Assembly: GCA_027491915.1 (NCBI GenBank)
Contig: JAOZGC010000003.1
Span: forward strand, 1 to 64,000
DNA from: Thermoproteota archaeon
Lineage (GTDB): Archaea; Korarchaeota; Korarchaeia; Korarchaeales; Korarchaeaceae
Length of the DNA: 64,000 nt
Reading direction: 5' to 3'
The notes below the pieces were generated by a model. That model had not been told where the DNA came from and did no database searches. It saw only the letters and a list, made by a program, of their open reading frames with translations. Below, in pieces: positions 8,250 to 17,490 of the stretch; within the stretch, counting starts at the first letter, position 1; each line of letters opens with the position of its first letter. The position numbers were made by a program, and so were the translations under genes.

Positions 8250-10584
8250 TCCTGTGCAGGGCGACCAGGTCCGCTCTGAACGGCTCCAACTCCCCCGGTA
8301 TTGGGTACTCTATTTCTGTCTTAAGCGAAATGCCCCTCTCCTTTTTAAATTTCCACACCTCACTGTTGAATTTCATTAGCCTCTGTCCCAGCCTCAGGTA
8401 TTCCGTGTCCCAGTCCGGGTTAGGGGTCGGCAGGGACTGAAGGTGGACGCTCTTCTCCCTCCCATAGATGGACCTCCAGATCACATCGGTTATGTGGGGC
8501 ACTATTGGCGCCGCCAGCCTGAGGACTCCCCTCAGCACGGTGTGGAGGGTCCACCAGGCGGCCCTCTGTCCCTCCCCCTCCACATCCCCGTAGGCCCTCG
8601 ACTTGACCAGCTCCACGTAGTGGGGGGCGAATACCTCCCAGACGAAGTGCCTGATCTCGCGCGCCGGCGGGAAGAAGTCGAAATCCTCGTATCCGCGGAG
8701 GGCCCTCTCGACGGCCCCGTTTAGCTCCCCCAAGATCCACAGATCTGTCGGGCGCAACTCTGGTCTCTCATCGGGCATTGGGAAGGAGGAGACAAACCTA
8801 GCAACGTTCCATAGCTTCTGGAGGAACTTGAAGGCCCCCTCTATCCTAGCCCCCGATATTCTGTAGTCCGACCCGTGGTGGGCCTCGGCCGCGCCGAACA
8901 TCCTGAGGGCGTCTGCCCCATACTTCTCGAATATGGGCCACGGGTATACGACGTTGCCGAGGGACTTGTGCATGGCCCTCCCCCTCTCGTCCAGTCCCAG
9001 GCCGGAGATCCATATGTGCCTGAAGGCCGGCTTTCCGAGGGCGTGCCACACCCTGAGCAAGGTGTAGAAGAGCCAGGTCCTCACTATATCCTTACCTTGG
9101 GGCCTTATGTCGCTGGTCCCCAGCGCCGAGTAGAGTTTCTCGTTCCACCCAAACCCGTTGTAGACCAGAGGGGAGATGCTGGAGTCCATCCAGGTGTCGA
9201 ACACCCTGGTCTCGCCGACGAAGCCCTCGGCTGATCCACAGTGGGGACACCGATCCACCGGCGGATCGTCCCTCCAGGGCCTGTAGTATTTGCCGGGCTC
9301 CGGGAGGACCGGCTTGCCGCAGGACTTGCAGTACCACACCGGTATCTCTGTGGCGTAGTACCTCCTCCTCGAGATCGGCCAGTCCGTCTCGATGGAATCT
9401 ATCCAGTCGAGCAGGTACCTTATCGCCCAATTCGGGTGGAACCTCACCTGCTCCTCGACGGCCTCCCTTATCGCGTCCTTGAAGTCCACCTGCCTGAGGT
9501 AGTACTCCCTCATTGGGACTATCTCTATCGGGGTCTTGCACCTCCAGCACACCGGAGTCCTGTGTACCAACCTCTCTATCCGGGCGACGGCCCCCATCTC
9601 CTCCAGATCCCTTATTATAACCTTCCTGGCCTCCTCAACGGTCATCCCGGCGTACTTCCCCGCGGCCTCGGTCATCTTCCCGTTCTCGTCGATGAGTATC
9701 GTCGGTTCGAGCTTCAGCTCCCTGAACAACCGAACGTCGGCCTTGTCCCCGTAGGAGCACACCATCACAAGACCTGTGCCGAACTCCGGATCGGCGTAGG
9801 GGTGCTCCGCAACCGGAATGACCCTCCCCAGAGGGGTCCTGACCCTCCTCCCCCTGAGCCAAGCGTGCCTCTCGTCCTCAGGGTTGAATATCACCGCGGC
9901 GCAGGCTGGCAGGAGCTCTGGCCTGGTGGTGGCCACCAGGACCTCCCTGCCGGACTCATCCTCCCTGAACCTCAGGTAGACCAGGAGGGTCTCCATGTCT
10001 CTGTACTCTATCTCGGCGTCCGCCAGGGTGGTGCCGCACCTCGGGCAGTAGTTGTTCGGTCTGTAGTCCTCGTAGACCAATCCCCTCCTCCAGGCTTCTA
10101 TGAAGGTCGCCTGGGTCTGGGTCCTCCACATCTCGCTGTCCGTCTGGAAGTAGTTCCTGAAGTCCGCGCTTATTCCGAGCCTCCTCCCTATCCCCAATAT
10201 GTCCTTCTCCGCCTCGTCCAGGAATTTCCTGCAGAGACCCAGGAACTCCTCTCTCGGATACTCGGACATCTTTATGCCGTACTTCTTCTCGGTCTCCACC
10301 TCGACGGGGAGGCCGTTCCTGTCCACGCCCCACGGGAAGTAGACCTCGTACCCCCTCATCCTCATGGTCCGGGCTATCATGTCTATCTGGGCGTAGTGGA
10401 TGACCGCCGCGGCGTGCCACTTTCCGCTGGCGTAGGGGGGAGGCGTGTCTATAGAGAACTTCGGCTTTTCGGAGTTCGGATCGAATCTGTAGAGATCCTC
10501 CTCCTCCCAAACCCTCTGAATCTCCAACTCCAGGCTCGGAGCCCAGTGTTTCTCGGAGATCTTCGGTCTCAACCCACGGGTCAA
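8236..10584 (-). CDS. valS: Valyl-tRNA synthetase
   Basis: IDTPPPY, HIGH-like HAAA, ATTRPE, DWPISRRRYY, KMSKS-like AMHKS. Confidence 0.93.
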   Translation of the reverse strand: MTRGLRPKISEKHWAPSLELEIQRVWEEEDLYRFDPNSEKPKFSIDTPPPYASGKWHAAAVIHYAQIDMIARTMRMRGYEVYFPWGVDRNGLPVEVETEKKYGIKMSEYPREEFLGLCRKFLDEAEKDILGIGRRLGISADFRNYFQTDSEMWRTQTQATFIEAWRRGLVYEDYRPNNYCPRCGTTLADAEIEYRDMETLLVYLRFREDESGREVLVATTRPELLPACAAVIFNPEDERHAWLRGRRVRTPLGRVIPVAEHPYADPEFGTGLVMVCSYGDKADVRLFRELKLEPTILIDENGKMTEAAGKYAGMTVEEARKVIIRDLEEMGAVARIERLVHRTPVCWRCKTPIEIVPMREYYLRQVDFKDAIREAVEEQVRFHPNWAIRYLLDWIDSIETDWPISRRRYYATEIPVWYCKSCGKPVLPEPGKYYRPWRDDPPVDRCPHCGSAEGFVGETRVFDTWMDSSISPLVYNGFGWNEKLYSALGTSDIRPQGKDIVRTWLFYTLLRVWHALGKPAFRHIWISGLGLDERGRAMHKSLGNVVYPWPIFEKYGADALRMFGAAEAHHGSDYRISGARIEGAFKFLQKLWNVARFVSSFPMPDERPELRPTDLWILGELNGAVERALRGYEDFDFFPPAREIRHFVWEVFAPHYVELVKSRAYGDVEGEGQRAAWWTLHTVLRGVLRLAAPIVPHITDVIWRSIYGREKSVHLQSLPTPNPDWDTEYLRLGQRLMKFNSEVWKFKKERGISLKTEIEYPIPGELEPFRADLVALHRIRGS

Positions 10585-10590
10585 CCCTCT

Positions 10591-11553
10591 TCACCCCACC
10601 GCATCGTCCAGCATCCCCCCCGAGAGATCCGCCGAGCCCGGACCCACCCTCTCTAAATAATCCTTGAGTCTGCTCAGGACATCGGCCCTTCTGGGCGCTC
10701 CCTCCGCGCCGAACGCCTCGTAGATGAAACTCGACGTGGCCGACGCAAACAGGGCCGACCACACGGCATCCCCCGTCCTGACGAACTCCACCAGGAAGGC
10801 CGCGGCGGAGGAGTCGCCGGCCCCGCCCGGGTCGACCACCCTCTCGGGGGGGATGACGGGGATCTCGGTGATCCTCCCCTCCCAGACCAGGAGGGATGAG
10901 GATGCGCCCCCCTCCCTGGTCATAAGGACCACCTCCGGACCCATGTCCCAGAGGTCCATCAGCATGGAGGCCACGTCCGACCCGCGATCGCCGGTCAGGT
11001 AGCGGATCTCCGGCCTGCTGGTGAACAGCACGCTCGTCATCCCGAGGAACTCTTCCGAATCCTCCCAATCTGAGAAGGATATGTGGCCCCCCTCCCCGGC
11101 CCGCCTGATGTACCCTTGGGGGTCCAGTCCCAAGAGCCCTACCCTCTTGACTATCTCCCTGAAGGTATCTGCCGGCACCTCGTCGTATATGGGCGACACT
11201 AGGGCCGCTTCAGCTCCGTCCAGGCGGGATATGACCTCTTCAGGAGTTATCCTGCGGCATGGCGACCTGAGAAAGAGTTCTCTGTCCTCGCCGGTGTAGT
11301 AGAGTTCATAGCTCGCGGTCTCCCCGTCGTCTATGATGAGCCCGCTCAGGTCTATCCCCTCCGCCCTGAGGGGTCTCAGCTCCTCCTCCCTGACATCTCT
11401 CCCAGCTTTGGCCAATACTCCAGCTGAAGAGCCCAACCTCGCGGCCACCATGGCCGCGTAGAAAGAGGAACCCGCCAGCCTCTCCGCGTAGCCAGCCGGC
11501 GTATGTATCTTGTCGCGGGACAGGTTGCCGGCCGCGAGCAGCCCGACCCTCAT
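10591..11553 (-). CDS. PfkB-family carbohydrate kinase
   Basis: LDPQG, VDPGGAGDS signature. Confidence 0.8.
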   Translation of the reverse strand: MRVGLLAAGNLSRDKIHTPAGYAERLAGSSFYAAMVAARLGSSAGVLAKAGRDVREEELRPLRAEGIDLSGLIIDDGETASYELYYTGEDRELFLRSPCRRITPEEVISRLDGAEAALVSPIYDEVPADTFREIVKRVGLLGLDPQGYIRRAGEGGHISFSDWEDSEEFLGMTSVLFTSRPEIRYLTGDRGSDVASMLMDLWDMGPEVVLMTREGGASSSLLVWEGRITEIPVIPPERVVDPGGAGDSSAAAFLVEFVRTGDAVWSALFASATSSFIYEAFGAEGAPRRADVLSRLKDYLERVGPGSADLSGGMLDDAVG

Positions 11554-11574
11554 GCCGCCGACTCCGCCGACCCG

Positions 11575-12126
11575 TCAGGATATAAGGGGTCGCAGCAGCC
11601 GCGCCACCACGTGGGCCGCCCTGACCGGGTAGGGGAGGCGAGACTCCAAGCAGTACCTCTCTATTAGCCTCCTCACCCCCTCATCCCCCAGGCCCACCTC
11701 AGCGACGTACACCGGGCCGACCGGGGTTTGAAACGCCCTGTACTCCGGGTTGGACCTCGCCACCCCTATTCTATCCCCCAGCCCCGCCGCCTTGAGCGCC
11801 GACTCGACGGCCTCCCGGTCGGGCATCCTCTCCAAGAAGGAGGCGGCCGGTATACCCGCCTCGGATCTCAGCCTCCGGAGGTCCACCAGGTTGAAGCCGC
11901 CGAAGGTCGTGCCGTGCAGGAGCACCACCCTGGCCTCTCCCCTGGCCTCTTTCAACATAGAGAGGATCGCATCAGTCGAGTCAGATCCGTCCACAGCTAT
12001 CTTCTCCCTGTACGCCCCCTCCAGGTAGTTCCCCCTGAACAGGAGCCCGACCAGGTAGGTCTCGTCGTCTATCCCCCTCCTGAACGGGGAGTCGTCCACG
12101 CCCATCGCCCTGGCCCCGCCCTTCAC
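11575..12126 (-). CDS. DUF99 family (endonuclease V-like) protein
   Basis: GVDDSPF, VDGSDST, TFGGFN, PYPVRAAH. Confidence 0.8.
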   Translation of the reverse strand: MKGGARAMGVDDSPFRRGIDDETYLVGLLFRGNYLEGAYREKIAVDGSDSTDAILSMLKEARGEARVVLLHGTTFGGFNLVDLRRLRSEAGIPAASFLERMPDREAVESALKAAGLGDRIGVARSNPEYRAFQTPVGPVYVAEVGLGDEGVRRLIERYCLESRLPYPVRAAHVVARLLRPLIS

Positions 12127-12188
12127 CGGATCCCCGCGCACCGAGGGTGCATCCATATATCGATGTCGCGGCACCTCCCCCGGTACCC

Positions 12189-12929
12189 ATGGGGAGAGTG
12201 GAGGACCTGATGGGGGCCACCGGGGACAGGGCCCGGTTGGCCGTGTTGATAGATCCTTTCTCCACAGATCCGAGAGAGGCTGAGAGAACCGCTTTAGAGG
12301 CCAGGGAGGGCGGAGCAGATTTTATATTCATTGGGGGATCAATAGGAGCCGGATCTAGGCTAACCGCGGTCCTCTCCGCCGTTAAGAGGGGGGCAGACCT
12401 ACCCGTGGTCCTCTTCCCCGGCAACGTGGACGGGGTGGCCGAGGGGGCCGACGCCATACTCTTCATGTCCCTCCTCAACTCCTCCAATCCTTACTGGATA
12501 ATCCAGGCTCAGGCCCTAGCCGCCCCCCTGGTTCGGGCTTTGAGGTTGGAGGCCATCCCGACGGCCTACCTGATAGTCGAACCCGGGGGGTCCAGCGCCG
12601 CCGGGTGGGTGGGATCTGCCAGGGAGATACCCAGGGCCAAGCCCGAGATAGCCGCGGCCTACGCCATGGCGGCCGAGCTCTTGGGCATGAGGTGGATCTA
12701 CCTGGAGGCCGGGAGCGGCGCGGCGGACCCGGTTCCGGCCGAGCTCGTTAAGGCCGTCCGGAGATCGACGGATCTGGGGATCCTGGTTGGGGGAGGGATA
12801 AGATCTCCCGACGAGGTCGCCGAGAGGGTGGCGGCCGGGGCGGACGTGATCGTGGTGGGAACCTACCTCGAGGAGGGGGCGACCCGGGAGAGGGTGGCCT
12901 CCCTAACTCGCGGGCTTGCGCGCGGGTGA
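12189..12929 (+). CDS. Geranylgeranylglyceryl phosphate synthase (group II)
   Basis: LIDP, GGS, LFPGN, SLLNS.NPYWI, YLEAGSGA, GGGIR. Confidence 0.93.
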   Translation: MGRVEDLMGATGDRARLAVLIDPFSTDPREAERTALEAREGGADFIFIGGSIGAGSRLTAVLSAVKRGADLPVVLFPGNVDGVAEGADAILFMSLLNSSNPYWIIQAQALAAPLVRALRLEAIPTAYLIVEPGGSSAAGWVGSAREIPRAKPEIAAAYAMAAELLGMRWIYLEAGSGAADPVPAELVKAVRRSTDLGILVGGGIRSPDEVAERVAAGADVIVVGTYLEEGATRERVASLTRGLARG

Positions 12930-12966
12930 GTAACCCTTATTACCCCGGAGCCCCCCGGCCGCAGCC

Positions 12967-13077
12967 AGCCCCGTGGTGTAGCGGCCAAGCACGTCGGGTT
13001 TTGGCCCCGACGACCCCGGTTCGAATCTCGACAATCGGGTCGAGTCTGGTCGGGCGAGAGTCCGGGCGGGGCTACCA
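12967..13077 (+). tRNA. tRNA-Gln(TTG) with 35-nt T-loop intron at 59/60 (13026-13060)
   Basis: AGCCCCG/CGGGGCT, TCGGG TT TTG GC CCCGA; BHB TTCG AA|T...CGAG AG|T. Confidence 0.92.
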
Positions 13078-13252
13078 ACCCTCCACCGCGGGGCGTCTCC
13101 CCCCACAGGACAGGAGGATCAAGACGAAACGACCGGTGGCGGTCGATTCCGAACCTGCGTCTAGTCGAGACGCCAACGCCCCGGTAGGACGAAGGATCAC
13201 CAGATTGGTGTCGGACGTAGAACAAGGGAGAGCGAGGGCAGACGAGAAAGGG

Positions 13253-13329
13253 TGGCGGGCCCGGAGGGCTTCGAACCCTCGACCTTCCGGTTAAGAGCCG
13301 GACGCTCTACCATTCTGAGCTACGGGCCC
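13253..13329 (-). tRNA. tRNA-Lys(CTT)
   Basis: GGGCCCG acceptor, TCCGG CT CTT AA CCGGA, CCA encoded. Confidence 0.95.
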
Positions 13330-13413
13330 GAACAGATCTGGGGGTTCCGCCTAGAAAAACGTTACGCCTCCGGGGGAAGCACCTTTATATCGACGGCGCC
13401 TCCGATCCACCGG

Positions 13414-13502
13414 GCCGGGGTAGCTCAGTGGGAGAGCGCTCGGCTGAAGGCCGCCGGGCGGAGACCGAGCGGTCGTGGGTTCGAGTCCCACCCCCGGCAC
13501 CA
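13414..13502 (+). tRNA. tRNA-Phe(GAA) with 14-nt canonical intron (13450-13463)
   Basis: GCCGGGG/CCCCGGC, CTCGG CT GAA G|...|A CCGAG; upstream TTTATA at 13384. Confidence 0.92.
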
Positions 13503-13510
13503 CCCATCGG

Positions 13511-14026
13511 GTGGCGTCCTTGATCCGCGTTGGTCCCGGGGTGTTCGTCAGCCTATTCGACCTGACCCTCCCCTCTCCGGTCACCGAGGATTCGCTCGGC
13601 GCGGGGGGCGTTGACGGCGTGTTGGCCGCCCTGCTGATCCCAAACCGGTCCGTGATCTCCGAGCGCCACGCCGCATCTGCGGTACTCAGGGCAATGCGGT
13701 CTTTCGATAGGGGAAACAACATCTCCCCGAGATTTGAGGTCGAAATCCTGCTGTGCCTCGCCGGGGAGAGGCAGGTGTCGGTCGCCCTGAAGAGGCTCAA
13801 TCCACTGGGTCTCCGCAGGGTCTCTCTCCTCCTGGTCCATCGCACGCGGGACGGCGCGGAACTCGCGGCCAGGTGCTTTCCCGGGGCGGAGATCCACCCC
13901 TTCACACCGCCGCGGGATGGGCTACTCTGGGATCTCCGCGGCGTGACCACGTGCACGGGCGATCTCGAGTCCCTCGCCATCGAGAACTCGGTCCGCATGG
14001 AGCTCGAGCGGCCGACTGGCATTTAA
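13511..14026 (+). CDS. cgi121: KEOPS subunit Cgi121-like
   Basis: ERH..A..RA...F.RG.NIS...EVEILLCLAGERQV..AL motif. Confidence 0.7.
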   Translation: MASLIRVGPGVFVSLFDLTLPSPVTEDSLGAGGVDGVLAALLIPNRSVISERHAASAVLRAMRSFDRGNNISPRFEVEILLCLAGERQVSVALKRLNPLGLRRVSLLLVHRTRDGAELAARCFPGAEIHPFTPPRDGLLWDLRGVTTCTGDLESLAIENSVRMELERPTGI

Positions 14027-14052
14027 GTAAGGCCCGATCAAACTCGAGGAGG

Positions 14053-14415
14053 GTGATCCGCCTGCCCGAGGAAGATTACGCCTACGTCGAGGCGCGGTAC
14101 AGGGAGCTGTTGGAGAGGATCGAGAGCCTCAGAACTCAGATTTCCATACTCAGGGCCGAGATATCCTCGATGGAAGGGGCCTTGAAACGGCTCGAGGAGC
14201 TGGACGGGGTGGAGGTGGTCTACGAGAGGGCCGGCCACGTGTTCATTCCGAGAAGTCGCGAAGACGCCTTGAGCGATCTCAAGGACAACCTGCAGGCGAT
14301 GCGGGGATTCCTTGAGAGGTTGGAGAGGGAGGATAAGGAAGTGAGGGCCGAGCTGTCCAGATTGGTGGAATCTCTCAAGTCTAGGCTCTCAACCTCTCCC
14401 GCAGGAGCCGGATGA
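14053..14415 (+). CDS. pfdB: Prefoldin beta subunit
   Basis: Coiled coils flanking VYERAGHVFI hairpin; SD GGAGG before GTG. Confidence 0.75.
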   Translation: MIRLPEEDYAYVEARYRELLERIESLRTQISILRAEISSMEGALKRLEELDGVEVVYERAGHVFIPRSREDALSDLKDNLQAMRGFLERLEREDKEVRAELSRLVESLKSRLSTSPAGAG

Positions 14416-15787
14416 ACCGCTCCAACTCTCCCTCCGGCACGTACCCGCCGGCCGCCACCGGGTGTCCCCCTCCGGAACCGCCGACGGCCTCGGCAGCCGA
14501 CCTGACCGCCTCGTCCAAATTTATCCCGGAGGCGGCCCCCTCTCCAGTAAGTCGGGCCGACACCTTAAGGATCCCCGGGGACGCCTCGGCCCATCCCACC
14601 ACGGCGAGCGCCCCCGCGGCCGCAGACGACTTGGATATTATGGAGGTGACCGTGCCTATCGTGGTGTCCCGGAGCTTCCCCCTACCATCTATCAGCAGCA
14701 CGCCTCCGCCTCCGCCGCCGGAGCTCGTCCGCGAGAACTCTCCGACGAAGCGGGCCACCTCGCTCCTGTATTCGGCCAGCGCCTCCATGGCCTGCTCCAG
14801 GTACTTCCCCCTCAGGCCCAGGCAGAGGAGCACCCCAATCTCCGGCCTCCCCATCCTCCCACAGGCATTCAACACCGTTGCGAATGATCTGAGGTCGCGC
14901 AGGGGAGATCCCCTCGGCTCCCCCACCATCAGATAACTCTTCCCCATGACGCGCTCGGGATCGGCTTCGAGCCCGGCCGAGAGCATCCTCTTGACCACCT
15001 CGCTGGTCAGGGACCTCCTCTCCTCATCGCTCAGATCTGCCAATCTGGTCCAGTCATCCCCCTTCTTGGGCTCTATCCCCAGCCTCTCCAGGAGCTCCAG
15101 CGCCCCTCCCGAAGATCCGCTGACGCCCGGTATGTACGGATCGACGGTCCTCTCCAGGGCCAGCAGGAGGGGGTAATCGGGGCCGCCGAACAGTCTAAGA
15201 TCCGTCCTCTCTGCGATCATCCCCTCCCGAACGGCCAGATCCCTTATCTCGGCGTTCACCCCGGTGAAGCCTCCCACGTCCTGAAGATCCCCGACGGCCC
15301 CCACCAGCGCTATGGGAGCCATGTCCACCCTGCCCGTGAGTTCCCGGTAGAGCAGGAAGGCCACCCCGGAAGAGCTCACCTCGACCGTCCCGTCCAGGCC
15401 AACCAGGTGGGGATTCACCTCCACAACCTCTCCCGGACAGCTTCCGGCTGGCGAGTGGTGGTCCAAGATGATCATCTTCCTCCCCTCGCAGAGCGGAGAC
15501 AGGAGATCCTTGTGACCAGAGCCCAGGTCGGCCGAGATGAAGAAGCTGTACTCCGCCGCCGCCAGCCGCCCCACCACCGGCTCGAATAAACCCTTCTCTC
15601 CGGAGGAGTGAAAGGTGACGTCCATCCGCATTAGGGCGGCCGCCGCTATTGCCCCCGAGGCCAGCCCATCCGCGTCTATGTGGTGAAACAGCCTGACCGG
15701 AGATCCCCGGGCTTCTTCAATGATGAACTCGGCGGCCTCGCGGGCCAACGCGGTCAAGGCTTGAATCCCGCCGGAGTTCGGATCCAA
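14381..15787 (-). CDS. RecJ/GAN-like DHH-DHHA1 phosphoesterase
   Basis: HIDADG, DLGSG, LDHH, GDLQ, NACGR, GGGH..AAG; adjacent to rps15. Confidence 0.88.
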   Translation of the reverse strand: MDPNSGGIQALTALAREAAEFIIEEARGSPVRLFHHIDADGLASGAIAAAALMRMDVTFHSSGEKGLFEPVVGRLAAAEYSFFISADLGSGHKDLLSPLCEGRKMIILDHHSPAGSCPGEVVEVNPHLVGLDGTVEVSSSGVAFLLYRELTGRVDMAPIALVGAVGDLQDVGGFTGVNAEIRDLAVREGMIAERTDLRLFGGPDYPLLLALERTVDPYIPGVSGSSGGALELLERLGIEPKKGDDWTRLADLSDEERRSLTSEVVKRMLSAGLEADPERVMGKSYLMVGEPRGSPLRDLRSFATVLNACGRMGRPEIGVLLCLGLRGKYLEQAMEALAEYRSEVARFVGEFSRTSSGGGGGGVLLIDGRGKLRDTTIGTVTSIISKSSAAAGALAVVGWAEASPGILKVSARLTGEGAASGINLDEAVRSAAEAVGGSGGGHPVAAGGYVPEGELERFIRLLRERLRA

Positions 15788-15797
15788 CGACCCCCCC

Positions 15798-16253
15798 TCA
15801 ACCGGCTATCAACTCCGCCCTCCCGGGCTCGTACTTCCAGTCTGGAGGAAGCCTGCCAACCCTCTTATAGTATTTTACTAGCCTGTGTATTTTGGATTCC
15901 GTTCTCTGAAGTCCCTTCTTGGCCTGTAGGTCTTTCCTGTGGATCTCCAGATGCTTCCTTATTGTGTGGGCCTTCCTGATGAGGGACCTCAGATCTTCCG
16001 GGAGGGGGGGCTCCAATCCCTCCTCCCTCAGTATCTGGGTGATCTTCTTCCCAACGACCCTCTTTACCAGGGGAACCCCATAGGCGTCCCTGAGCTCGAT
16101 GCCTATCTGACTGGGCGGTACCCCCCTCTTGCCCATCTTCACTATGAGCTCCCTCACCTCCTCCGGCGAGAGCGGGACCCAATCTAGGGGGGCGCTCGCC
16201 GGGGGTCTGGTGGACTCGGATTTGCCCCTCTTCCTGCTGTGCATCCGCGCCAA
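15798..16253 (-). CDS. rps15: 30S ribosomal protein S15 (uS15)
   Basis: MARMHSRKRGKS, IG..LRD.YG.P, ESKIHRLVKYYK. Confidence 0.97.
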   Translation of the reverse strand: MARMHSRKRGKSESTRPPASAPLDWVPLSPEEVRELIVKMGKRGVPPSQIGIELRDAYGVPLVKRVVGKKITQILREEGLEPPLPEDLRSLIRKAHTIRKHLEIHRKDLQAKKGLQRTESKIHRLVKYYKRVGRLPPDWKYEPGRAELIAG

Positions 16254-16285
16254 GGGATCCCCTACCGGTGGGGCCGGCCCACCCC

Positions 16286-16849
16286 CTATTTAACGATTTT
16301 CGCGCCGAGTCTATCGGCCAGCAGCTCGAGCGCCCTCCTCCTGTGGGAGATCTCGTTCTTCCTCCTTCCCATCTCGGCGTAGGTGAGTCCCCCACCCCCC
16401 TCGGGAATGAATATCGGGTCGAAGCCCCACCCGATCCCCCGCGGCCTCTCGGCTATCCGGCCCGGGACGCCGGCCCCCATGACCTCCGCCTTCATCCCCC
16501 TCCCAGCCACCAATCCTATCACCGAGTAGAATTTGGCCCTCCTGTTTGATACGCCCTCCATCAGCCTTATTATCCCCTGGTTTCCTATAGTCCTGAAGAC
16601 GTAGGAGGAGTAAGGTCCTGGGAACCCGGACAGAGCGTCGATAAACATCCCCGCGTCCTCTATGAAGAAGGGCGTCTCGACGCGACCCGAGACCCACTCC
16701 AGAGAGAAGGATACTACCTCCTCAAGGGAATCGGCCTGTATCTCCGGATACTCCAGGTCGACCCACTCGACTTCTATCCCCCCAGATCTCAAGATCTCGG
16801 CGGCCTCCTCGGCCTTGTGTTCGTTCGACGTCACGAACCTGATCCTCAT
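16286..16849 (-). CDS. XTP/dITP pyrophosphatase (Ham1/RdgB)
   Basis: TSNEHK, EDAG, GFPGPYS, GFDPIF, SHR. Confidence 0.93.
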   Translation of the reverse strand: MRIRFVTSNEHKAEEAAEILRSGGIEVEWVDLEYPEIQADSLEEVVSFSLEWVSGRVETPFFIEDAGMFIDALSGFPGPYSSYVFRTIGNQGIIRLMEGVSNRRAKFYSVIGLVAGRGMKAEVMGAGVPGRIAERPRGIGWGFDPIFIPEGGGGLTYAEMGRRKNEISHRRRALELLADRLGAKIVK

Positions 16850-16854
16850 GTAAT

Positions 16855-17490
16855 CTACCCCCGCTTCGCCTGCCCCCTCTTGTACCTTCCCCTCCTCCTG
16901 ATATCTTCCACCCTGGATAGGACCGAGGCGGCGTCAGGAGCCTCTCTCGAGTAGGACGAGAAGAAGGTCGAGATGACCTCCGGGGCCGCCGACGGGGCCA
17001 GCCCGGTGACCGACTGCTCGAAGACGTGGAGGTCTACCGCCCTGTCCTCCACCGACCTGGAGTACCTGGCCAGCCCGAAGTCGATGAGGCACACCCTCTC
17101 TCCCTCGCCGAAGATCACATTCAGGGGGGTCAGGTCGTTGTGCACTATACCAGCCGCGTGGAGCTTGGCGACCACCCTGCCCAGCTCGTCCACGCCAACG
17201 GGGGACTCACCCCCCTCGAGCACGCTCGCCAACGTGGTGCCGCGTACCTCCTCCATGACTATGGTATCCCCCCACACGTCCAGGACCGCGGGGCAGGGCA
17301 CGCCCATCCTCTTCGCCTTGATAAGTATGCTCGCCTCGATCCTGGTTCTCCTGATCCTCAGGAGCCTATCAAGGCTGGGGTGTCTGTACCTCTTCTCGGG
17401 CCTGATCTTGATCACGGCTGGCTTCCCTAGGTACTCCCCCCTGTACACCTCAGCCTCGGCCCCTCTGGCCAGGAGCTCCATCACCTCCAT
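16855..17490 (-). CDS. bud32: KEOPS kinase Bud32
   Basis: GAEAEVY, K.YRHP.LD, HNDLT, IDFGL, RGRY. Confidence 0.93.
   Translation of the reverse strand: MEVMELLARGAEAEVYRGEYLGKPAVIKIRPEKRYRHPSLDRLLRIRRTRIEASILIKAKRMGVPCPAVLDVWGDTIVMEEVRGTTLASVLEGGESPVGVDELGRVVAKLHAAGIVHNDLTPLNVIFGEGERVCLIDFGLARYSRSVEDRAVDLHVFEQSVTGLAPSAAPEVISTFFSSYSREAPDAASVLSRVEDIRRRGRYKRGQAKRG

Noticed and set aside
9241-10656. Long antisense or alternate-frame ORFs (also 54684-56096, 44724-45803, 9956-11068)
   Set aside because: Shadow ORFs of real genes, expected at high GC; no recognisable motifs
13108-13148. Hammerhead-like GACGAAAC plus hairpin
   Set aside because: No CUGANGA core and no proper stem II
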